A program made the translations under genes and the position numbers. From Podarcis muralis (lineage: Eukaryota), in the NCBI RefSeq assembly GCF_964188315.1, contig NC_135659.1, positions 56,978,001 through 57,017,246 on the forward strand: a stretch of DNA of 39,246 nt, in the 5' to 3' direction. This document shows, in pieces, positions 22,863 through 33,507 of the stretch. How positions within the stretch are numbered: the first letter of the stretch is position 1; each line of letters opens with the position of its first letter. The notes below the pieces were generated by a model, which worked only from the letters and a program-made list of their open reading frames with translations, did no database searches and was not told the origin of the DNA.

Positions 22863-24999
22863 GGTGTTTCTGCTGCCACTGCTCCTGTGTCAGAAATGTT
22901 CCGGTGGGGGTAGGAGGCAGGGACATTTTCTTTTCCTCCTTTTAGAAGGGTACTTATATGCTGGTATGCAAAGAACGTATTGAATTTTAATTTAAACATT
23001 ATTATTTAAATTTTAAAATATTATCAACTAGAGTCAGAGGCGCCAGGTTGTCCCCAAGATTGGGGTGGTGATGCGTTTCATGCGCATGTGATGTCATGTG
23101 AGTGACACACAAGTGGCATCACATCATCCAGAGAAGGTTGAGCGCTTTGCTGGAGCTGGCTGGCTGCCCTATGTGTGGTGCGTGTGACATTGCATGTGTG
23201 TGATGCACAACAGTCCCCTTTCCAACAAAGATTAAGGGGGCTGGGGACACGTCAGCCACCTAGAGTTGGCACACCTGGCTATAGATAACTTCACCCATTC
23301 CCCATAAGCTTTGTTCTAGAGCCCATGGCAATATTCCCAGCTCCCAAGAGACTTGGGTTGTAAATCACTTTGGGTTGCCCTGGGCAAGATAAAGCAACTA
23401 ACAAAATTCAATAAATCATCATAATAAATAGAGTACAGTCCATACATAGCTTGAAGATGTCGGACATGCTGCATCTCCGAACCCCTAAAACTCATTCCAA
23501 AAAAACATACTATCTGGAAGCGTTCTCTTACTCTCCCTCCTCTGGAGTACTTTTTGCAAGGTGGGCCCAACATAGGCAGGTCTAACACTGGCATCCATAA
23601 CACTGGCATAATCTACCTTGTTATTTGGAAAGGTTTTATATGTACTTGCTCCCTCTCCCACAAAGGGTCACCGATTGTACAAAGTATCCCCATCTGCCAA
23701 ACAATTCGGAGAACACAATGAAAAGGGATGTTTCATTCAACAGTGGCTGTGACCTTCAAAGAATTTATGCAATAGTAAGAGTTGAATCGATGAAAACTCC
23801 ACTGCCCACCAGAACTCTTTCAAATGCTTTAAACAACCCACTGTGAAAGAGTCATCTGGATTTTTCCTATTTTGCAGCCCTTTGTACTTTCAGTCTTGTA
23901 AGTATCCATTCAGAGCAGAACTATTTGAAATGGCTGGTAGCACTTCCAAAAAGAATGCACGACAACAAAAGATATAGCAAGGCAGCTCCATGTCTTATAC
24001 TAGTTTGCATGTGGATGCAAGAACTTTGCAACTATGTATGCATACAGCAAGCAAAAGGAGTATTCAATTAGCACACACTTTACTCCCTCTAATATCCTGT
24101 CTCTCACTGGATGAAGAGCACAAACTCAGATTGTGGTTTCTGCCAAAAACTTTAATGCTCATATCAGTACACTACATAGTCAATGCAACAGCTAAAGGCA
24201 GAGCAGGTGGTATGTCTGGCTAAGCAAGCTAAGGCATTGATCCAGCGAGTGACATACTCCCTTGGTTCCTGCTTTAAAGGATGGGGCAAGCACAGCTTTA
24301 GCAAGGGAAGAAAGAGACAGCTTTGGACTGGGTGGGGTCTGAGAGTGGGTGGGGTCTGTTTGCTGGTGTCACAGAGTGTGCCAGCCACTCCTCACACAGT
24401 CCAAAGTTGGCATTACCTCTTTATTATCAAAAACAGACTTGGAAGATTTTCATCTCCACAGACTTGGCTGGGTGTCAGGCCTAATGTCAGTTCATGACAT
24501 CCAGAAACATCTGGAGGGCCAAATGATCCTCACACCTGATGTATATAAACATATGAAGTAGACCACATGGAGAGGCAATTTTTTACAGATCTCTCTCCTG
24601 CAGCCAGCAGGAACCTCAGGAAATGCCACTCTGATTCCTCTTCCACACTAGGAGTGATGGCATCATCTGGTGGGGCAGTATTAGCCAGGATTATAAGATT
24701 GGAGGTTTGGAGGACAGATACTGAAGATTTACCTCACTATTTACAGGTTTGCCCAATCTACAATAATATAAGAGCAGCCTAGTTCAAACATTTAAATATC
24801 CCAGTTGGGAAATCAATTGGATATTTGATTAACTTTTTATTAGAGGCAGGTCCCCCTATACCTCTGAAAAGTGGCCTGTTTTGCCTTTAGAGTGGCAATT
24901 TTAAGGGGAAAGGTTTGTGGGGATTATAAATTAAATTCTTCAGGAAGCAAACTCTTATCTGACAAAATGCATGGTTTTAACCATCACTTTAACTGTGTA

Positions 25000-25157
25000 C
25001 AGTGGCGTAGCGTGGGTTGTCAGCACCCGGGGCAAGGCAAGTAATTTGCGCCCCCTAACCCGTGGATTTGTGCCCCCTAACCCGTGGATTTGCCCTAACC
25101 CCAGATGTTGCGCCCGGTGCGGCCGGCCCCCCCTGCACCCCCCACGCTACGCCACTG
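25000..25157. mobile_element. hAT MITE, 158 bp, very young
   Basis: Perfect 17-bp TIR CAGTGGCGTAGCGTGGG / CCCACGCTACGCCACTG; perfect 8-bp TSD ACTGTGTA at 24992-24999 and 25158-25165; internal 22-bp tandem repeat at 25044-25087. Confidence 0.95.
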
Positions 25158-26138
25158 ACTGTGTATAGCATTTTATTCTGTGTTATGTATTTTGATTTTT
25201 TTTTAATGGCTTCACCGACACAAATTAATAATATTTGTATTCCTAACATATGGATCCATACAGTGGCATGGCTATGAATTCTCTGTCTCCCTGGGGGCAT
25301 GACTATGGAGGGTTCCTCCACTTCAGAATTTACCACTGCATTACAGCTGTTGTTTCCACCACTATGGAACTGTGAGACACAATTTACAAGGACATTAATC
25401 CACAGCACATGTATGGGGTAAGTTTCCATCCAAAGGATTTTATCTTGATGGATTTGCCTTCGAACTTCTCTGACACCTGGCAAAATGGCTCACTCTGTCT
25501 AAGATACTATGGAGACTTGCTGTGCTAAAAATGCTTCTGCTTCCTGCATTTTACATCACCTCCCATGGCATCCTTGAGAATACACCTATGTGTGTGTGTG
25601 AATACAGCCCACTAGCCAGACACCAGACTCTAGCCTGCTTTGGTTAGCAGGTAAATCAGAGCCCAGGGTGGTATGTCTGCAAAAATAAAAAATAAAAAAA
25701 TTAAGCAGCACTGTGAACAATGCAATAAAATGCCTATTAAAGAAGGAACATCAAACTTCCCTCAAACAGTCTCGCACATCACTGCAATGCCGCAAGAGGA
25801 TAGGTTTGAAGGTGAGGTGTGTGCTTCTTGAACTCTCAGCTTAGAGTCTAACAAATCCATGCACTTTGGAACCTCACAGCAAGAATCAACGCAGATCTAT
25901 GAGCACTTCCCACTTACAACATAAACTGCCTAACTTTTCAGCTGAAGGAAAGTTTGGGAGTAAGCTTTTACTGGATCCATGGAATAGAACTAGGTAATTC
26001 TGAAAGCATGATCAGCAGGAGACATTGGCTATTTGCAGCTAGGAAGGGGCTTACATGCTCTACAGGGGTCCATTTAGGGAAGGTAAGAAGGACATTTTTC
26101 TCATCACCGCAAGTTTTTCATACTCCATTCAATTAAGA

Positions 26139-26142
26139 GTGT

Positions 26143-26182
<40 letters not shown>
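26139..26182. repeat. (GT)n microsatellite
   Basis: Direct observation; one interruption. Confidence 0.95.
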
Positions 26183-26184
<2 letters not shown>

Positions 26185-26185
<1 letters not shown>

Positions 26186-26356
26186 CATGGTTCTCTTCTT
26201 CTCATTTAACTCCCACAGCAATCCTGTGACGTAGGTTAGTCTGAGAGGCAATTAATGGCCAAGGTCATCCAGTGAGCTTCATGGCCAAGTGGGGATTTGA
26301 ACCCTGGTCTCCCTGGTCCTAGTCCAACACTCTAACCACTAAGTTATGTTGGCTCA
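26185..26356 (-). mobile_element. tRNA-CORE SINE (Squam3/MIR-like)
   Basis: CCAAGGTCATCCAGTGAGCTTCATGGCC...GGGATTTGAACCCTGG...CTCTAACCACT is the antisense of a CORE region plus tRNA head. Confidence 0.75.
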
Positions 26357-26671
26357 GTGCCAGAGAAAATAGATTGCAACACAGCAAAATCCAGTTGCTT
26401 CTCAAACCAGGAAAGGTATCCGCCCTCCCAAAAAGACTCTGCAAACACCCTGGATGTGTTCTGTACAGGTGACTAATAGCATGGTGAAAGACTGGGAAAT
26501 GTATGTTCTGACATTTCACAGGCTCTTGGCTTCAGTAGACTTACACACATAAAGATTTCATGCAAATAATAAAGTAAACTCATGCCTACGAAAGCTCAGG
26601 ACGCAATACATATGTCAAAAGGTATCAAATGATTATTTGTTTGTTTACTTCTCTTACTTCTAGAGAGAGGA

Positions 26672-26762
26672 AGTCTGCAGTCTTCTGCACATTTACCTGG
26701 CAGTAAATCCCATTGACATCAATCAGACATCCTTCTGAGTGCATATGCTTGGAATTACTCTG
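26672..26762. mobile_element. Old short palindromic MITE
   Basis: CTGCAGTCTTCTGCACATTTACCTGGCAGTAAATCCCATTGACATCAATCAGACATCCTTCTGAGTGCATATGCTTGGAATT resembles a common sauropsid palindromic repeat. Confidence 0.45.
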
Positions 26763-27930
26763 TTAGTAACAAATGATGCTTGCACCCTGTATCTTGTTTT
26801 CATATGCAAATAGAGGCAGTAAATAGAAATGCAAATATTTTAATATTTCTTTGTCTGACATCTTCAGAATACATAAAGAACAATATTAATTAAAATGATA
26901 CCCTTGAAACAACCATTCAACGAGGGAGTTCTAATCCACAGCATAGGAACTCACCAAGGTCCTCAGCACTGGAAGCTGGCGGAAGAGAAAAGTCTTTGCC
27001 AGTTTTCCTGAATGGTCCTTAGAGCCACTGTAGCCACAGTAATGTTACTCATTACAAAAGTTCATCCCCTTTGGGGATGGAAAGTGGCCTGCTTCTGGCA
27101 TTTGCAGCCACGGGAAAGTATTTGTGTGACTTGCTGAATGCACCTGAGCATTTGCCCAAATGTATAAAATGTTGCTACTGAGAATGAAACATCTGGCCAT
27201 GTTTCATGCAAGTATTGCCTAGTTCAGCTGAACCACAAAGACATCTACGTGGAATTGTACTCCTAAGCAACCAGTTCAGCAGTCTGTAGGTGTGGAAAGA
27301 TCTAGCCTTGTCACAGGAAACCTCTGGCAACCTACAATTCAGAGTAAAAAGAGAAAAATAATTCTATTCAAAGAAAGAATGTATTCCACATCCCGAGGGT
27401 TACTAAAGTTGCAGGTAGCTATGTCACTCCACCAGAAAGAGTCAAGAGCAACAGTGGACCTTATTAGGACCAACCTCTCCCTGGGGCTGAGAGGTGCCAT
27501 CCCTTCAACACACACCAGATTTGCTGTCAAATGTGAGCACTTCCTGGATAAGGTGCCTGGCTGCTCTCCCCCTCTCTCACACCACCCTGGCCGTTCTGCT
27601 CTCCTCCCACATGGAGTCCAGAACCATTCTGGGGGGAGGCAGATGGTGGGTAGCTTCAGCCTTGGCTGGCACAGTGATTCACAGCACATTTCCCCATGCT
27701 GCTGCAGATGCCTCCTCACCCGCATCATCCAGTGAAGTGGCACTACTCTGATCTTCTACTCTGGAGCCCATACCTAAGAGTGCCACTGGTACATACAAAC
27801 ACAATTCCAGTGCCAAACTGGGAAAGAGCTCAAGAGCAGCTGCCTTAAGGAATTAGACAGAATGACAACTCCAACACAGAAGGAGAACGTGACAGGAAAT
27901 CAGCTGACCACTGTCCACTGACCAAATCAA

Positions 27931-28289
27931 TAAAGGTAAAAGGTAAAGGGACCCCTGACCATTAGGTCCAGTCGTGGCCAACTCTGGGGTTGCGGCGCTC
28001 ATCTCGCTTTATTGGCCGAGGGAGCCAGCTTACAGCTTCCGGGTCATGTGGCCAGCATGACTAAGCTGCTTCTGGTGAACCAGAGCAGCACACAAAAACA
28101 CCGTTTACCTTCCCACCGGAGCGGTACCTATTTATCTACTTGCACTTTGATGTGCTTTCGAACTGCTAGGTTGGCAGGAGCTGGGACCAAACAACGGGAG
28201 CTCACCCTGTCACGGGGATCTGAACCGCCGACCTTCTGATCGGCAAGTCCTAGGCTCTGTGGTTTAACCCACAGCGCCACCCCCGTGCC
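27931..28289 (-). mobile_element. Sauria SINE, full length
   Basis: Antisense Sauria consensus with an (ACCTTT)n-type tail; TSD CTGACCAAAT(C/T)AA at 27918-27930 and 28289-28301 (12/13). Confidence 0.95.
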
Positions 28290-28433
28290 TGACCAAATTA
28301 ACAAGTAGTATTAAAACCTTTAAATGAAGGGCTGAGAGGTCAGGCACTGAACCCATCGTATCCATTACACAATCCACACCCAAACTCCACACAGACATTT
28401 GTGTAACAGGGGTTCATGACTATTAACCTAAAA

Positions 28434-29128
28434 CAAGGGTAGGGAACATCAGGCTTCAGGGCTGAATGTGACCCTCCAGGGCTCTCGAGCTGGCCCTTGG
28501 GACTTTCTCCAGATCATACCACATACCCCCCTCCCTGGCCTTGCCTCACACCCTCCTCTAGTGCATGGCTGGAATGTGGATGGAAGCAGGGAGGGTTTTC
28601 TGATAGTATATGGAGAAGGTAAAGGCAAAGGGACCCCTGACCATTAGGTCCAGTCGTGACCAACTCTGGGGTTGCAGCGTTCATCTTGCTTTACTGGCCG
28701 AGGGAGCCGGTGTACAGCTTCCAGGTCATGTGGCCAGCATGACTAAGCCATTTCTGGTGAACCAGAGCAGCGCACAGAAATGCCATTTACCTTCCCGCTG
28801 GAGTGGTACCTATTTATCTACTTGCACTTGATGTGCTTTCGAACTGCTAGGTTGGCAGGAGCAGGGACCCAGCAACGGGAGCTCACCCCGTTGCAGGGAT
28901 TCGAACCACCAACCTTCTGATCAGCAAGTCCTAGGCTCTGTGGTTTAACCCACAGTTCCACCCGCACCCCATGTGGAGAAAGCATATTGCATAAAGGCAA
29001 AATTTTACATTCACTGCTGTGCCCACTTTTGCCTCTGGTTAAAGGGCAGCCTCCAGTGGCATGCAGGCCTCAGAAGGTTGATCAGAAAGGCATTTGACCC
29101 TCAGGTTGAAAAGTGTTTCCCACTCCTG
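28434..29128. mobile_element. Older hAT-type non-autonomous element interrupted by a Sauria SINE
   Basis: Ends CAAGGGTAGGGAAC and GTTTCCCACTCCTG are imperfect TIRs; flanks ACCTAAAA and ATATGAAA match only 5/8. Confidence 0.5.
28618..28970 (-). mobile_element. Sauria SINE, full length
   Basis: Antisense Sauria consensus; TSD AT(A/G)TGGAGAA at 28608-28617 and 28971-28980 (9/10). Confidence 0.95.
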
Positions 29129-30118
29129 ATATGAAATTTGCCAAATGCCACTTGCTCCCATTAGACCCATAGATACTGGTATTACAGTACAGAAACCACT
29201 GGTTTACATTGGAATTTAAAACACATCAGCAATGTCAGGTGTGCTGCCTTACACAGCGAGTCTGCCACATGAGTAGTAATTCCATGAACACAATTATTTT
29301 CTCTTAAGAGGAACACACCCCCTCTCATGATACACTTTGCAATTCCACCCAGCACTATTTTTTTAAACAAAATTGTAGTGGGGTGGATATGTTGCTGTCA
29401 ATGTGACTGAGAATTTTTGGAATGAGAGGTATGGGATAATTCTTCTGGGTAGCCTAGTGCTGGATATTCTGAGGTAAATTAGGCCAGGGAGATGTCCGTC
29501 ACATGCCCCTAGTGCCAACTGCATCCCCCCAGGGTTAGAAATTACCACGTGCATTAGAAGAAGGTCTTTCCCCTCATGCTGGTTTATAAACGCTTTCACG
29601 GAGCAAGTCTCTCATTCTCCACACCCCCTCACCCTCCCACAGCAGCTTCTGGGATACACGCAGCATGAATATTCTTCTCAGCTGTAAAATGAACCATATA
29701 ATTCCCTCCACCCTTCTCCACGCTGAAGAACGCCCTCCCCACAATATCTCATGGCATCGGCTCACCAGCTTTCCCTCACACAAGTGGCAGATGCAGAAGG
29801 GGGGGAGGGGAGAAACCCTGCTCAAAATATCATGGTTGGAAGGGAGAGGAAGGGTCAGCCTCCCCAAGGGAGACAGGGAGCTCTTTAAACACCCACAGAG
29901 ACGCAGAAAGAGATTCTGTTCTCCTCCCTTTTCCCCGCCAGGGAGCAAGAACTTAGCCTGTATAATTATTGTAAAAACTACTTTAATGTTTTTTCCACTT
30001 AACAGTCGCTGGTGGTGATTTTAGCAGCTGCGGCGGGAAGGAGAAAAAGGATTGAATTGCAAATGATCCTGTGCAGTGAAAGGAGGAGGTGGAAAAGGAG
30101 AAGAGGAAGCTCACACTC

Positions 30119-30127
30119 GCTTACCTT
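30119..30127 (-). promoter_or_regulatory. GRM4: GRM4 5' splice donor AAG|GTAAGC (phase 0)
   Basis: Consensus donor exactly after ...RLFK, where the mGlu4 protein continues IPQISYAST in the next exon (not found in this window). Confidence 0.95.
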
Positions 30128-30655
30128 GAAGAGGCGCAATATGTTGGCCACCATGATGGAGACGGAGCTGCCGGACGCGCCAATCACCCCAACCACACGC
30201 TCTGGCTTGGTGATGATAGGTGGCCCACCATTGACACAGCGCACCTCTGTGCTGTCCTTCTCAATCAAGGCCTGGACAAAGGTGAGGGACTGTTCCAAGG
30301 CATGGGTATCTCGAGAGCAGGTGTCAAGGATGCGAGCACCCAAGGTGATATTGGGGAGTAAGTCAGGATCGTTGTTGATGCGATCCAGAGCAAAAAGCAT
30401 GGCCTCTAGGCGGTGAATCCCCTTCTCTTTCTTCAGCTCACCACATGCCTTGCCCTCGGAGCCCCTCCCATGGACAGGGAAGAGGCCTCCAAGGGTGATA
30501 TCCCCATCAAGACGGATAGAGTTCATGTGGGGATGTCCTTGACCTTTCGGTTTAGCTGAGCTGACTGGATGATACCACCAGTCACAGCAGACACTCAGGA
30601 AAAGACAGAAGGAGAGTTGCTCCATGCACAAAGATCCCCAGTTCTTCCCAATCAT
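30125..30655 (-). CDS. GRM4: Metabotropic glutamate receptor 4, first coding exon (signal peptide and start of the Venus flytrap domain, 177 aa)
   Basis: Translates [22 protein letters not shown]...[100 protein letters not shown]...[56 protein letters not shown] and [14 protein letters not shown] distinguish mGlu4 from mGlu6/7/8. ATG at 30655 is the first in-frame ATG after a TGA at 30709-30707. Confidence 0.97.
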
Positions 30656-31071
30656 TGCCAAAGACCCCTTGAAACTCAACCCTTCCAACCTAAAGACCCA
30701 TGGAGATCAGGGACTCTTGTCATCAAAAACTACTTAGCTTTGCTGGCTTGCAGACTGGTTCCACATTGAACTCTGGAGAGGGGAGAGGAATAACCTTCAA
30801 AGGGCCAATACTGAAAGGGGAAATTGATCAGTGGTCTTCTGGAGGGGACAAACCATGGTTCTCTTCCCTGTCGCTTTTCTGTCAAGATTTCCAGTCTACT
30901 CCAGTATCCATTCCAAGGCAGGTGGTGAAGAAAGTGCAGAGTTTTGAGGCGTTTACAAGGTCCCCTTTTCGGTCCTCTGGAGGATTGCAGCCAAGCAACG
31001 AAAGAAGGGCTTCAAGCTTGGCATAACTTCACATGGAGATGTATATCCCTTTTGTTCCTTTCTCCACAATC

Positions 31072-31132
31072 CTTGAAAGGGAAAGAGAGAAACAGAAAGA
31101 AAATCAAATGGAAGCATAAAAAAGGACATTAG
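31072..31132 (-). promoter_or_regulatory. GRM4: Probable 3' splice acceptor of the GRM4 exon (exon 31071-30125, 416-nt leader)
   Basis: Minus strand reads CTAAT(branch-like)GTCCTTTTTTATGCTTCCATTTGATTTTCTTTCTGTTTCTCTCTTTCCCTTTCAAG|G, with no other AG for about 60 nt. Confidence 0.7.
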
Positions 31133-31429
31133 CTATTCAGATCTTTTTATCAGGGAGCTTGACAGAATGGTGTGAGTTATTGTACAAAAAGCTTCAGGAT
31201 TCACTTGATCAGTTTCATCACTCTTATTTCATTATGCTTTGAGAGAGACCATGTTTGTACAAAAGCAACACAGAGAGGGAGGGGGGGGGAGAAACATTGT
31301 TTTTGAAGATGCCTAACCTCTGTATCTCATTCACAGATTTGAAGCAGGTTTGCACTACTGACAACTTGCTGGGCTACATAGAACACCCAAATCCATGAAA
31401 GCCAACCTTTGTTTTCCCCTTTGGCAGGA

Positions 31430-31810
31430 AAGGATGAATAAATTCATTTTACCTTGTAAGTGCTTATTAACAACCATATTTAAAAAAAAAAAAAAAAACC
31501 AAGGGGAAAGGGGAAACATTTGCCTGCTTTGTTGATTTCAAAAAGCTGCTCATTCCATCTGGCAACCAGAACTGAACAGCAAGATTAGCACACAGCAGAA
31601 GTACAGGAAAAATATACAAACTCATTGAATCAATACACCCATCTAATAGATGCAGGATAAGTACCCCAGAGAAAATGGGTAGAGTACAATTTTGTATTGG
31701 GCTGATTTGGCATAGAGCAGATTATGTAGTGCTCATCATCAGGGCAGCTGAATTCCACTGCCAAAGAGTGAGAGATGTAAGAAAGAAATGCAGTCTTTCA
31801 TTGGCTATGG
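31430..31810 (+). pseudogene. Highly decayed non-LTR reverse transcriptase fragment (RTE-X-like)
   Basis: With frameshifts and stops: IFTL*VLINNHI...KGETFACFVDFKK/AAHSIWQPELNSKI/TGKIYKLIESIH...RDVRKKCSLS, echoing the RT motifs HIFTL, FACFVDFKKAFDSIW, GKxYxxIKSMY and GVRQGCSLSP. Confidence 0.55.
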
Positions 31811-31964
31811 GGCTCAGCTGCTGTGAACTTATTTGGAGGGTTGAGAGTGGCTACTTATATTGAAATAAAGGCAAGTCAGAGAGACTCCTTTCCTTTCATC
31901 ACATGCCAAAACATTAATGAATGTCATGGTCCCCGTTATCCAGCTGCTAGATAAAAAAGTGTCT

Positions 31965-32345
31965 TTTCCCATATTGACTCTCCTGTCTCCTTAAGTCAGC
32001 AAATGAGGCCCTCCTAATGGTCCCTGCATTGGATGAGATACAAAACCTGGAACCTGAGGAAGGGCTTTTCCAGTGGTATATGGAACTCCTACCACACTGG
32101 GGTTTATCTTGCCAGCTCTCTCCATTATTTTACATAGGTAAAGACCCAACTCTTGTCCCAATATTCAGGAAAGCGGTAGAATTGTTCTGATGAATTTGGT
32201 GAGTTTTCCCATTGCACTTTTTTAATGAAGTTGCACTTTATAGCTGTTGTGATTTTAAATATATTTTCTTTTAAGTGTGTACTTGTTTTATCTGTGGCCA
32301 TAAGATGAGTGCAGCATATAAATATTCATATAAACAATAAGAAGA
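31965..32345 (+). mobile_element. Old L2 3' end
   Basis: CTTAAGTCAGCAAATGAGGCCCTCCTAATGGTCCCT...GGGCTTTTCCAGTGGTATATGGAACTCCT parallels LRSxxEALLxVP...RAFS...WNSL; followed by a T-rich UTR. Confidence 0.55.
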
Positions 32346-32357
32346 AGAATACCATTA

Positions 32358-32915
32358 TAGGAGTTGCACCATATACCAAGTCAGATCATTGGTCCATCAA
32401 ACTTGGTAATTCTCTGCACAAGGGTTGGGCAGAAGGTAGATCTGAATCTACAGTAGATCTCTAAGTAATTTCCAGTAGATCAGCAAGGCTTTTTTGAATT
32501 TCTGACAGCAGATAAATTATTTTCCCCTGCTGTAAATAATATTGCTGAAGTGAAGAGAGTTTGGGATGACTAGGAGTGGGGGTTTGTGTGGAAGGGCTGT
32601 GTGCTCTATCCAGTTCTGACACTCAAAACAAATCCCCAGGCTAAGAATTATTTAATGGTAAACAAATGTCGTTTGCACCTTGCTCAGTTTTGTGCAAGAA
32701 GTGATGGCTCAGGATCTTGGCGGGGGGGGGGGAGGTTAGTAAAATAACGACAACAATGTAGGTTCTGAAAGCCTGAAGTCTAGCCGCTCCTGCTCTGCAT
32801 TGGCTGGCAGTGGCTCTCCAGGATTTCAAGCCTACCTGAGTCTTTCTCAGTCCTACCTGGAGATGTCAGGGCCAGACCTTGAGATCTTCACATGCAAAGC
32901 ATGTACTCTTCAGCC
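32358..32915 (-). mobile_element. tRNA-derived SINE with CR1-type tail (Squam2-like), split by a hAT insertion
   Basis: Tail half AGTCAGATCATTGGTCCATC (about 32380-32400) and head half GGCAGTGGCTCTCCAGG...CCTACCTGGAGATG...CATGCAAAGCA (32801-32915) join into one element when 32420-32800 is removed. Confidence 0.65.
32420..32792. mobile_element. hAT-type MITE with GTAGATC subterminal repeats
   Basis: 8-bp TSD CTCTGCAC (32412-32419) / CTCTGCAT (32793-32800); left end AAGGGTTGGGCAGAAGGTAGATC; GTAGATC three times in the first 65 bp. Confidence 0.65.
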
Positions 32916-33507
32916 CTTTACAGTGCAGAGACATAGGAATACGAGTGTGTGTCTGACAGAAAGGTTTAACAGAGCACTGAGGAAAAAAAGGTGAGCCAAT
33001 TAAAAACTAAATTATGAATTAAACTCCTGAGGCTCTTTTGGGCCAGTTGAAGTTGGTTTCAAGCTAATGATCAGGATGGAGATTTAGAATTTCATCATAT
33101 ACAAGGAGGCTAAGCTTCATAAATTTCAGGGTTCCAGTCTATCCCGAAGGTGTCACAGTCACACTCCTTTTAACAGAGAAGGAGTAGAGCCGATCATAAA
33201 AAAAAAGCTGAGACAGATTGATTTTGCAGTTTGCAGCCTAGACACTAACTTATTCACACATTTATTAAGAGCATCATCCACAGTAAGTTTTGAACCAAGG
33301 ACCCTCTGGGGGCTAAGCTAGAGCCATGCTTCCTCAGCCACCCCTTCTTGCATGAAAATTTAGGACCCCGAAGCCTCATCAGACCTGTGATGGTATCCCC
33401 AAGGTAATTGGGCACTGTCCTTTACTGCTATATAACATCCCCCTCCTGGTAGCAGCAGACTTTGTGCAGTTGCATACTCCTTTGTGCAGCTCAGACTCAA
33501 CTATTTA

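Noticed and set aside
24330-24356. G-rich runs here and at about 15445 as G-quadruplexes
   Set aside because: Common low-complexity motifs with no supporting context.
25044-25101. Interstitial telomere or CRISPR-like repeat
   Set aside because: Single CCCTAA hexamers inside a 22-bp tandem unit bounded by hAT TIRs and TSD; no (TTAGGG)n array and no spacers.
29574-29948. 124-aa minus-strand ORF as a possible alternative GRM4 exon
   Set aside because: No convincing donor site, start context or homology.
30012-30416. Plus-strand ORFs of 134 and 90 aa overlapping the GRM4 exon
   Set aside because: Antisense shadows of a GC-rich coding exon with no recognisable domain.
30656-30688. ORF-track start 11 codons upstream of the GRM4 ATG ([11 protein letters not shown])
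   Set aside because: That codon is TTG, not ATG; homology to mGlu4 begins at the ATG at 30655.
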